From NCBI GenBank assembly GCA_965207065.1, contig OZ242260.1, positions 1,824,001-1,888,000 on the forward strand: 64,000 nt of DNA, read 5' to 3'. The DNA comes from a bacterium. GTDB taxonomy: Bacteria > UBA8248. Shown here in pieces: positions 47,674 through 55,520 of this stretch. The notes below the pieces were generated by a model, which was not told where the DNA came from, made no database searches, and worked only from the letters and a program-made list of their open reading frames with translations. Within the stretch, counting starts at the first letter, position 1. The number at the start of each line of letters is the position of its first letter. The position numbers and the translations under genes were made by a program.

Positions 47674-48995
47674 CGCACGGCCCCCGCCTTCGAGCCCTTG
47701 GGGTCGATGTGCCACTCCTCCCGGGGCCGGTTGAAATAGCGGATCGCCACGTCGGGCAGTTCTTCGCGGAATATATCCAGGGCCCGCACCATGCCCATCG
47801 CCTCGCCCATCTCCCCGATATCGGGCAGGGTGTCGAGGTAGAGCGCGGGATCGATGCAGAGGTTTTTCATCTGGATCACGTGCAGGCCCGTTCGCACCGC
47901 GAAATCGAGGGTCGCCTCGACCTCGGCTTCCAGATCGGTCACGCCGGGGAAGACAAGATAGTTGATCTGCGTGTAAAGCCCCGCGTCCACGGAAGCCTTC
48001 ACGCAATCCTCCACGTGAGAGAAATCATACGTCTCGGGACGGTAATATGCGCCGTGCCACTCGGGCGTGGCGCTGTTCGTGCTGATCCGGATGCTCTCTA
48101 ATCCCGCCGCAGCGAGACGCGCCATCCACTCGGGCCGGCTGCCGTTCGTGTTCAGGTGCAGGGTGCCTTGCAGAGTCCGTTCGCGGATGAGGCGGCAGGC
48201 GCGCTCGATGACGCCCGCCTGTAACAGCGGCTCCCCCTCGCAACCCTGGCCGAAGCTCGCGACGGCCATCTCGGCGCCTTCCAAGTGGGGGAGGGCGATT
48301 TCCGCGAGTTCCTCCGGTGTGGGGACGATCTCGATGCGCTGGTGGCTCGCCGGGAACAGGTCGTCCGTCTGGAGCGATATGCACCCCCGGCAATCCGCGT
48401 TGCAGAGCGGGGCGATCGGCAGACCCATCTCCCAGCGGCGCGCGAAGAAGTTTTTCGCCGCGAAACAGTGGAACTCACGCGCGCAGCGCGCGAGGTGGGG
48501 AACCATCCGGTTTTTCGGATGTGCTTCGAGCATGTGCTCGATTCGCCCGGACAGCCCTGTGTCGTCGTATTCTTCGGGCTCCCAGCGCGGGCAGTCATCC
48601 ACGCGCACGGCGGCGCAGACGAATTCGCCGCTCTCCTCATCGAAGCCGAGCGCGGTGTAGGCCCAAAGCGGGAGGACCGCCGCGCCCGGGTCTCTTTCAG
48701 CGAAGGGAAGGAGGGTGCGCATCCAGCCGGGGGAGGGAAACGTGCAGGCGGCTTGCAGGGCGGCCGGTCCGTCGCCCCAGTCCGCTTCTGCCACGCTCAC
48801 GAGCGCGTCTTCCTCCGCGTCGCCGCCCACGGGCGTGCTGTCCGGAATGGTGAAGAACTTGCTCCCGTCCGGCAGGGGGGAGAGTTCCTCGGGCTCGGGC
48901 GCCACGGGTTCTGCCCCCTGCGCGCCCACCATCTCGAACTCCGGGTGTTCGAACAGGTTGCCATCGGCGTCTGCGACCACCATCAACGGGGACAT
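47670..48995 (-). CDS. Radical SAM protein of unknown function
   Basis: CxxxCxxC (CNADCRGC), SFGQGCEGEPL, HLNTNGS. Confidence 0.85.
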   Translation of the reverse strand: MSPLMVVADADGNLFEHPEFEMVGAQGAEPVAPEPEELSPLPDGSKFFTIPDSTPVGGDAEEDALVSVAEADWGDGPAALQAACTFPSPGWMRTLLPFAERDPGAAVLPLWAYTALGFDEESGEFVCAAVRVDDCPRWEPEEYDDTGLSGRIEHMLEAHPKNRMVPHLARCAREFHCFAAKNFFARRWEMGLPIAPLCNADCRGCISLQTDDLFPASHQRIEIVPTPEELAEIALPHLEGAEMAVASFGQGCEGEPLLQAGVIERACRLIRERTLQGTLHLNTNGSRPEWMARLAAAGLESIRISTNSATPEWHGAYYRPETYDFSHVEDCVKASVDAGLYTQINYLVFPGVTDLEAEVEATLDFAVRTGLHVIQMKNLCIDPALYLDTLPDIGEMGEAMGMVRALDIFREELPDVAIRYFNRPREEWHIDPKGSKAGAVR

Positions 48996-49228
48996 GGATT
49001 TTCGTCTCCTGAAAAGAGAGCGGCTGCCGGGAGATTCCGCCTCGCCGCGCTCCTTGACCCAAGGCCCTAACCTAGCAGAACTCCCCCCTCACCCGCCAGC
49101 TTGCGGCCCTTGCCAGCGGTCACTGGTTTCGCAATACTAATCCTTCTCTCCATTCACTTCTTTTGATTGTAAGTGGGGATTTCATTTCGAAGACGAATCG
49201 CGAAACCGCGAGACGGAGGTGCGCCCAC

Positions 49229-50059
49229 GTGAGTCCCGAAGAACAACTTTCCCGAGTCGCCCTGGTGAAATCGGAAACCGAACGCCTCTCGGCGTACTGG
49301 CGCGCCTTTTCGGACGCGCGCTGGGAGCTGGACACGTTCTGCCCCGGCTGGCAGGCGCAGCACGCCGTCTCCCATCTGGCGACGGGGGGCGATTTTTACA
49401 CGAACTCGATTTGCCGGGCGCTCGATGGCCTTCCGCCAGAACCCCCTTATGGAAAAAACGTGAAGGAGTTTTTCGCCATCCGCGCCGCGAAGGGCGATGA
49501 ACTCATGGCCATGCCCCGTGACGGGATGATGGATGCATTCGACGCCTCAGCCAAAGCAGTGAACGACGCGCTTGCGGACATCACCGCGGACGACCTGGGA
49601 AAACTCGGCTTTCACCCCCGGGGCCTGACGCGGCTCGACGCCTGGATCGGACTCAGGCTCGTCGAACTCGTGGCGCACGACTGGGATATCCGCTACGGCG
49701 AGGACGCCGAAGCCTGCGTTTCCGCGGACGGCGTGAAGGGGGCCATGACCTTCCTGCCCGAGAGCCAGAGCCGCCTGTTCGGAGTGCGGGAGAACCCGCC
49801 GTTCGATGGCCGCTTTCTGTTCCGTTCGAAGACGCCCGATCGCGAATGGACGATCACCGTCACCGGCGAGAAGGCGGAGAATACCGCCGACACGTCCGGC
49901 GCGCACGACGCCGTCATCACCGCGGACGGCGAGGCGCACCTGCTCTTGTTGTACGGGCGCGCGAAACGCAGCGCCATGGAGGCCGCAGGCCGCCTTGAGG
50001 TTGAAGGAGACGCGGAGCTGGCGAATGAACTCCTGTGCGTTCTTTATACGAATTATTGA
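49229..50059 (+). CDS. Maleylpyruvate isomerase-like (MDMPI/DinB superfamily) metalloprotein with C-terminal SCP2-like region
   Basis: CPGW..HAVSHL and ELVAHDWDI metal motifs; RBS GGAGG before GTG 49229. Confidence 0.8.
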   Translation: MSPEEQLSRVALVKSETERLSAYWRAFSDARWELDTFCPGWQAQHAVSHLATGGDFYTNSICRALDGLPPEPPYGKNVKEFFAIRAAKGDELMAMPRDGMMDAFDASAKAVNDALADITADDLGKLGFHPRGLTRLDAWIGLRLVELVAHDWDIRYGEDAEACVSADGVKGAMTFLPESQSRLFGVRENPPFDGRFLFRSKTPDREWTITVTGEKAENTADTSGAHDAVITADGEAHLLLLYGRAKRSAMEAAGRLEVEGDAELANELLCVLYTNY

Positions 50060-50079
50060 TTCGAAAGGAGCAAGACCCC

Positions 50080-50973
50080 ATGTCACCGATCACGGAAGTC
50101 GATGGATACGTCTATTACCCCGGCAGCAAGAAGCGCATCGGCGCCATGCGGCCTGCCGATCCGGCGAAAACGCCGTGGACGCCGCTGGGAAAACCGCTGT
50201 CAGAATGCAAGGTCACCCTCGTCTCCACGGCGGGCATATTCATGAAGGGAGACGTCTCATTCGACTATGAGCGCGAGTGGCGCGAGCCGCACTGGGGGGA
50301 CCCCACCCACCGGGAGATCCCCAAAACGGCCGCCCAGGATGACTGCGAATACTCGCACCTGCACATCAACACCGAGTATCTGCAAAAAGACAGGAACACC
50401 GCGTTTCCGGTGGATATCTTCCTGGACTACGAGCGCGAGGGAAAAATCGGCGCGCTGGCCGACACCCTCTACTCCACGATGGGCTATACCCCCAACTTCC
50501 ACCCCCTGATGAAGAAGACGGCCCCCCTCATGGCGGAAAAGATGCACTCCGAGGGCGTGGACGCGGCCTTCCTCATCCCCGTCTGACCGCTCTGCATGCG
50601 GTCCGTGAGCCTGCTGCAGAGAAGATTGGAAGAGTTGGGAATCGCCACCGTCTCGATATGCAACCAGCCGGAAGTGTCGGAGAAGGTCTGCGTGCCGAGG
50701 GCGGTCTTCATCCAGTATCCCTTCGGCCGCATGCTGGGAGACGTGGGCGACAGGGCGGGCCAGCGCGCGGTGTGCGACGACATGTGCGCGCATCTGGAAG
50801 CCGCGGATGGCCCGAACGCCTACCGCCACCTCACGCACGAGTGGCCAGAACCCCCCGAGGAAACGCAGTGGCATCCCCTCACGCCCGCGCCCATGCACGT
50901 GCTTCGCAACAACGGCACCGCGCCCAAGGGCTTGGGGCATTACCAGGACGAGGAGCGGCCGGATTTGAGCTAG
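50080..50973 (+). CDS. PrdB/GrdB-family (D-proline/glycine reductase selenoprotein B-like) selenoprotein, Sec at codon 169
   Basis: ORFs 50035-50586 and 50596-50973 are in one frame, joined by TGA 50584-50586: GVDAAFLIPV-U-PLCMRSVSLLQRRLEELGIATV; PrdB-like similarity on both sides (WTP..VSTAG, SH, DRNTAFP, VPRAV). Confidence 0.88.
50587..50621 (+). promoter_or_regulatory. Candidate bacterial SECIS stem-loop
   Basis: CTCTGCA (50590-50596) pairs with TGCAGAG (50615-50621) just 3' of the UGA and encloses a possible upper stem with a G-containing loop. Confidence 0.6.
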
Positions 50974-51084
50974 AACAGCCGTCCGCAGTTCTTTTTATTT
51001 TCACGAGGTGAATTGAACTGCTAATAAAGGAGCGTATCCGCGTTTCGACAGAGGGCTTTCGAGCCCTCCGCAGAGGACCCAACG

Positions 51085-51636
51085 ATGAAAATTTGGAGCA
51101 TCTGCGCCGGCGCCGCGCTGACGTGCGTGCTGACGGCTGGCGTTTCCATGGCGGAGACATGGCGCGGCCTTGTGGTGACTCCTGAGTTTCGTTGTTCTCC
51201 ATACAACAGGAAGAAGGATTATCGTTATTCGCAGGCTCTGGAGCGGAAGATCGTGAGGCGTCTGGGAGCGGTGTACGGTCCGTACACGAAAAAGTGCTTT
51301 ACTTCCAGACGTGAAACGGACATCGAGCACATTGTTGCTACGAGCGAGGCGCACGACTCGGGTTTGTGCTCGCGCAGCCGGGCGGAGCGCCTCCGATTTG
51401 CTAGCGACCTGCGCAACTTGACGCTTGCCTCGCCGAGTATCAACCGATATCAAAAGAGCGGCAAGGACGCCGCCGAGTGGCTTCCTCCTCAAAACCAATG
51501 TTGGTTCGCGAACCGGGTGGTAGAGGTGCGGCGGTCTTACGGGTTGATGATCGACCGGCGCGAGAAGGAGGTTCCGGAGCGCGTGCTTTCCAGGTGTGAG
51601 AGCACGCGCATGGAACCTATCAAATGCAACCCCTGA
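51085..51636 (+). CDS. Exported HNH-type nuclease (DUF1524-like)
   Basis: Signal peptide; DIEHIVA..EAHDSG, FASDLRNL, NRYQKSGKDAAEWLP. Confidence 0.8.
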   Translation: MKIWSICAGAALTCVLTAGVSMAETWRGLVVTPEFRCSPYNRKKDYRYSQALERKIVRRLGAVYGPYTKKCFTSRRETDIEHIVATSEAHDSGLCSRSRAERLRFASDLRNLTLASPSINRYQKSGKDAAEWLPPQNQCWFANRVVEVRRSYGLMIDRREKEVPERVLSRCESTRMEPIKCNP

Positions 51637-51689
51637 AGCCGCTCCGGGGCGTTGGGTCGGATTTAACCTGGAACAACTTTCAAGAATCT

Positions 51690-51910
51690 ATTGTTTCACT
51701 CCCCCCTTGAGGGTCATTGGCAACTGATGAAAGAGGAAAAAACCACTCCCCCCTTGAGGGGGAGTCGAAGAGCTGAGGGTGCAAGCCCGAAAGCGATTCG
51801 GTGGGGGGTATGATTCGGAGTGGCGATAAAACGCAATTCACCCCCCACCGCATCAACCTTCGCAAAAACGCTCGGCTTCTGCGACTCCCCCTCAAGGGGG
51901 GAGTGATTGT
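51690..51910. repeat. Nested palindromic intergenic element, family B copy 2
   Basis: Reverse complement aligns along 23189-23445 except for two arm hairpins. Confidence 0.85.
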
Positions 51911-52091
51911 TGAGTACTCTACATGGGGAAAGTGTTGTCTCCTTCCTCTCCGGTAAGTTGCATACGCGGAAACGCGAAATCAGGCTTTTTCAACAACCCC
52001 CTCAAGTGGGGAGTGTACTTCAAAGGCGTTCGCGCAACCCAAATTTGCTTACCGAGATTTTTTCAACAGACCCTCCCCGGAAGGATTCGAT

Positions 52092-52433
52092 CTAGAACAA
52101 CCGCCCGCCTAGAACCGCACTCTTGTCATCCGGCGCGATGAGCACCACCTCGCCCTCTGCGTCCGGCACGCCGAGCGTGAGCACTTCCGACATGAAGGGG
52201 CCAATCTGCCTCGGCGGAAAATTCACCACGGCGAGCACGAGCTTTCCCTGGAGTTCTTCTTTCGTATAAAGCGCGACGAGCTGGGCGGATGATTTCTTGA
52301 TCCCCAGTTCGTCGCCGAAATCGATCCGGAGCCTGTAAGCCGGTTTTCTCGCCTCGGGAAAATCCGCCGCCTCGACCACGCGCCCCAGGCGGATGTCCAG
52401 CTTCTCGAATTCCTCCATCGTCGCCATTTTCAT
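52092..52433 (-). CDS. csaA: CsaA-like tRNA-binding/secretion chaperone
   Basis: FEKLDIRLG, FPEARKPAY, KKSSAQ, VVNFPPRQIG..SEVLTLG. Confidence 0.92.
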   Translation of the reverse strand: MKMATMEEFEKLDIRLGRVVEAADFPEARKPAYRLRIDFGDELGIKKSSAQLVALYTKEELQGKLVLAVVNFPPRQIGPFMSEVLTLGVPDAEGEVVLIAPDDKSAVLGGRLF

Positions 52434-52506
52434 GCTTCTCCTGTTTCATGGGTCATGCGCGTTCAGCGCGCCGGGGTTTCCCGCCTGGGCGGAATGGGCG
52501 CGCGCT

Positions 52507-53388
52507 TCAGTCTATCGGCTCGCCTTCCGTCTTTTCCATCTCCAGCACCTCGGCGCGCAGCCTGTTCGTGATCGGGCCGGGTGCCGGGATGGGCCGCCCG
52601 TCCACCTCGGCCACCGCGTGCACCCGGCTGAAGGATGAGGTGAGAAAACACTCATCCGCCGTGTAGAGGTCATAGAGCGTGAGGTCGGCCTCTTCCGCCG
52701 GAATCCCCGACTCGGCGGCGATTTCGAACACCACCTTCCGGGTGATGCCGTCGAGCACGTTATGAGCCCTGGGCGTCTTGAGCGCGCCGTCCTTCACGAC
52801 GAAGACGTTTTCGCCCGGCGCCTCCGCCACGAAGCCGCGGGTGTCCAGCAGGATCGCCTCATCGAACCCCGCTTCCACGGCCTCGATTCTCGCCATCACG
52901 TTGTTGAGATAGTTGAGCGATTTCACGCGCGCCTCGAAGGACTCGGAAGGAACCTTGCGTACGCCCGCCGTCTTGAGTCTCAAGCCGGCGCCCTTCGCCT
53001 TGTAGCTCGAACCCGTCTCGGGCGGAGGCGCGGGGTCGTGCAGGAGCACGGCGAGCGTCGCTTTTTCCACTACCCTGGGGTCCAGCAGGGGATAGCCCGC
53101 TCCTCGCGAGATGACGACGCGCAGGTACACGTCGTCCACCTGGGAGCGTCGGACGCATTCCTTGACGATCTCGGCGATCCGCTCGCGCGTCTCGGGGAGT
53201 TCGAGCTTTAAGGCGCGCGCCGAGCGCTCCATGCGGTCGAGATGGTCCTCAAACCGGAATATGCGCCGGCTCACTACCGTCATCGACTCGAAAAGACCGT
53301 CCCCGTAGAGGAACCCGTGGTCGAAGGCGGAGACCCTGGCCTCTTCCGCCGGCGTGTATTCGCCGTTCACATAGCAGATATAGGACAC
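52507..53388 (-). CDS. Fold-type IV PLP aminotransferase (IlvE/D-amino acid aminotransferase family)
   Basis: FDHGFLYGDGLFE, HLDR, KSLNYLN, E..GENVF, LDGITR. Confidence 0.9.
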   Translation of the reverse strand: MSYICYVNGEYTPAEEARVSAFDHGFLYGDGLFESMTVVSRRIFRFEDHLDRMERSARALKLELPETRERIAEIVKECVRRSQVDDVYLRVVISRGAGYPLLDPRVVEKATLAVLLHDPAPPPETGSSYKAKGAGLRLKTAGVRKVPSESFEARVKSLNYLNNVMARIEAVEAGFDEAILLDTRGFVAEAPGENVFVVKDGALKTPRAHNVLDGITRKVVFEIAAESGIPAEEADLTLYDLYTADECFLTSSFSRVHAVAEVDGRPIPAPGPITNRLRAEVLEMEKTEGEPID

Positions 53389-53391
53389 GAG

Positions 53392-54285
53392 CTACCCATC
53401 CCTCAAAATTTCCAGAATCGCGCCGGCGAAGGTTTCCGGTTTCTCGCGCTGTGCGAAGTGTCCCGCGCCTTCCACGAGAATCCGCCGGTAGCCGGCCGTG
53501 AAATGCCCCTCCTTGCCCTCCGAACTCTCGGGCCGCGACGCCCCGTCTTCCGCGCCTTGCACCAGAACCGTCGGCACGGATATGTCCGGCAGGCCCGCCA
53601 TGAAGCTCTCCGCATCCTCAAACCTGGGGTCAGGCGTTTCATACCCCCAACGGTAGCGGTAGGAGTGCATGACGATATCCACGAAGTCGGGGTTCCCGAA
53701 AGAACGCGCAGTGGCCTCGAATTCCTCGTCGGAGATATCCCACCCCGGCGACCACGTCCGCCAGAGTTCACGGCAGAAACCGGCGGCGTCTTCCCCCAGC
53801 GCATCGCGGCCGCGGCTGGTGCAGAAGAACCACTGGTACCAGTACGCGCGCACCTGATCGACCGACATCCGCTGGGCGGGGCGGCCCGTGCCGTAGCCCG
53901 CGGGGCTGACGATGAGCGCGCGCAAACGCCTGGGCCGCATGGCCGCTACGCAATAAGATGCGCGCGCGCCCCAGTCGTGCCCCACCAGTGCGAAGCGCTC
54001 CAGTTCCAGCGCATCGGCGAAAGCCGTGATGTCGGAAGCCAGCGCGGTGTACTGCGCGCTTCTGGGGGTCTCGGGATTCAGAAAGCGTGTCGGGCCGTAG
54101 CCACGCACGTAGGGGCAGAGCGTCCGGAAGCCCGCGTCGTTCAGGATGGGAGTGACGCGGTCCCAGGTTCTCGCGTCGTCCGGGAAGCCGTGCACGAGGA
54201 TGACGGGCGGGGCCGTCTCGTCGCCCGCCTCCAGATAGCCGATTTCGAGCGCGGGCGTCGTGACGGGTTTGGGCGCGCCTGTCAT
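53392..54285 (-). CDS. Alpha/beta hydrolase (epoxide hydrolase/haloalkane dehalogenase-like)
   Basis: HGFPD, RGYG, GHDWG (Asp nucleophile), YWYQWFF, AGHF..EKP. Confidence 0.88.
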   Translation of the reverse strand: MTGAPKPVTTPALEIGYLEAGDETAPPVILVHGFPDDARTWDRVTPILNDAGFRTLCPYVRGYGPTRFLNPETPRSAQYTALASDITAFADALELERFALVGHDWGARASYCVAAMRPRRLRALIVSPAGYGTGRPAQRMSVDQVRAYWYQWFFCTSRGRDALGEDAAGFCRELWRTWSPGWDISDEEFEATARSFGNPDFVDIVMHSYRYRWGYETPDPRFEDAESFMAGLPDISVPTVLVQGAEDGASRPESSEGKEGHFTAGYRRILVEGAGHFAQREKPETFAGAILEILRDG

Positions 54286-54305
54286 ATCGGGTTGTCAGTC
54301 CCGCT

Positions 54306-55049
54306 CTAAATCGCGCACCAGCCGTCGTCCACGATGAGGTCCAGGCCGTGCACCGCGCTCGCGTCGTCCGAGGCCAGGAACACCGCCGCGCCCGCCATCT
54401 CCGCCGTGGTGATGTAGGCCCGGCCCGTGGGGGTGTAGCTCGCCATGAGCTTCACGAACTCGGGGTCGTCCTGTAAGTGCTGGTTCAGCGGCGTGGCCGT
54501 GTTGCCCGGCGAGATGCAGTTCACGTTGATGCCGCACTTCGATATCTCCGCGGCCAGCGCGCGCGTGATCATGTAGACCCCGCCCTTGCTCGCGCAGTAG
54601 GGCACCGCGTTGGGAAAGGCGTGCGTGGCGGCGATGGAGGCCATGAAGACGATCTTCCCGTACTTCTTCTCCTTCATGATGGGCACGACGGCCTGGGAGA
54701 GCAGGAAGTTGCCCTTCAGGTTGATGTCGATGGTGTCGTCCCACTCCTGTTCGCTGTAGGCTTCGAGTTCCTTGTTGATCATGATGCCGTGATTGCCGAC
54801 GAGAATGTCCACCGTGCCGAACGCCTCCACTACGTCGGCCACCATGGCGTCCACCGCCGATTTTATCGACACGTCGCACGGAAACGCCTTTGCCGCGTCG
54901 CCTATCTCCGCCGCCAAAGCCTCTCCTTTTTCCGCTGTGCGGTTCACGACCGCGACCTTCGCGCCCTCTTCCGCGAAGCGGCGGCAGATGGCCTCGCCGA
55001 TCCCCTGCGAGCCACCCGTGACGATGGCGACCTTGTCCTTGAGCTTCAT
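54306..55049 (-). CDS. Short-chain dehydrogenase/reductase
   Basis: TGGSQGIG, YCASK, ISPG; start MKLKDK at 55049 with GGAGG RBS. Confidence 0.92.
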   Translation of the reverse strand: MKLKDKVAIVTGGSQGIGEAICRRFAEEGAKVAVVNRTAEKGEALAAEIGDAAKAFPCDVSIKSAVDAMVADVVEAFGTVDILVGNHGIMINKELEAYSEQEWDDTIDINLKGNFLLSQAVVPIMKEKKYGKIVFMASIAATHAFPNAVPYCASKGGVYMITRALAAEISKCGINVNCISPGNTATPLNQHLQDDPEFVKLMASYTPTGRAYITTAEMAGAAVFLASDDASAVHGLDLIVDDGWCAI

Positions 55050-55179
55050 GGGTATTTCCTCCCTGCGGCGCTTCCGGGCCGCCCCGAAAGCGAAAAGTCC
55101 CTGATAAAGATTGCGTCTCGATTTTTGCGGGCATGATACCGCCCTTTGGTGTGATGGGGAAGTGTGGGAAGGGTTGCCT

Positions 55180-55502
55180 GTAGGGGTCGCATACATGCGA
55201 CCCATGGTTTGGGTGGCCAAAGACGGAGGGACGCATGTATGCGTCCCCTACATCTTTGGTCGTGAACGACCTACGGCTGCATTGCAGGATTTCGTAGCCG
55301 GACAGGCGCAGGAGCCTGTCCGGGGACCCGTGTGTCCGCCCGAATTATGCGAGAATTCCTTATAGAGTGGCTGTAGCGGACAGGTCTCTAAACCTGTCCG
55401 AGGTCGAGACCTGTCCCAAAGAGGTGGAACGGTATTGTTCGTCTATCCGGTGAAAGAGAGTGGATACAAATAAAGTAGGGGTGGTTCGCGAATCGTCCTT
55501 AC
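55180..55502. repeat. Dense cluster of GTAG-type REP palindromes
   Basis: GTAGGGGTCGCATACATGCGACCC, GGGACGCATGTATGCGTCCCCTAC, GTAGCCGGACAGG..CCTGTCC, GTAGCGGACAGG..CCTGTCCG, GTAGGGGTGGTTCGCGAATCGTCCTTAC. Confidence 0.8.
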
Positions 55503-55520
55503 CCCGTCAATCGAAATTCC

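Noticed and set aside
47674-48006. N-terminal extension of RimO in the ORF track
   Set aside because: Overlaps the radical SAM gene in another frame; the ATGA-coupled start at 47673 fits RimO
50035-50973. Two separate genes or a nonsense pseudogene
   Set aside because: The TGA falls at the family Sec position with a downstream hairpin, so read-through is the better reading
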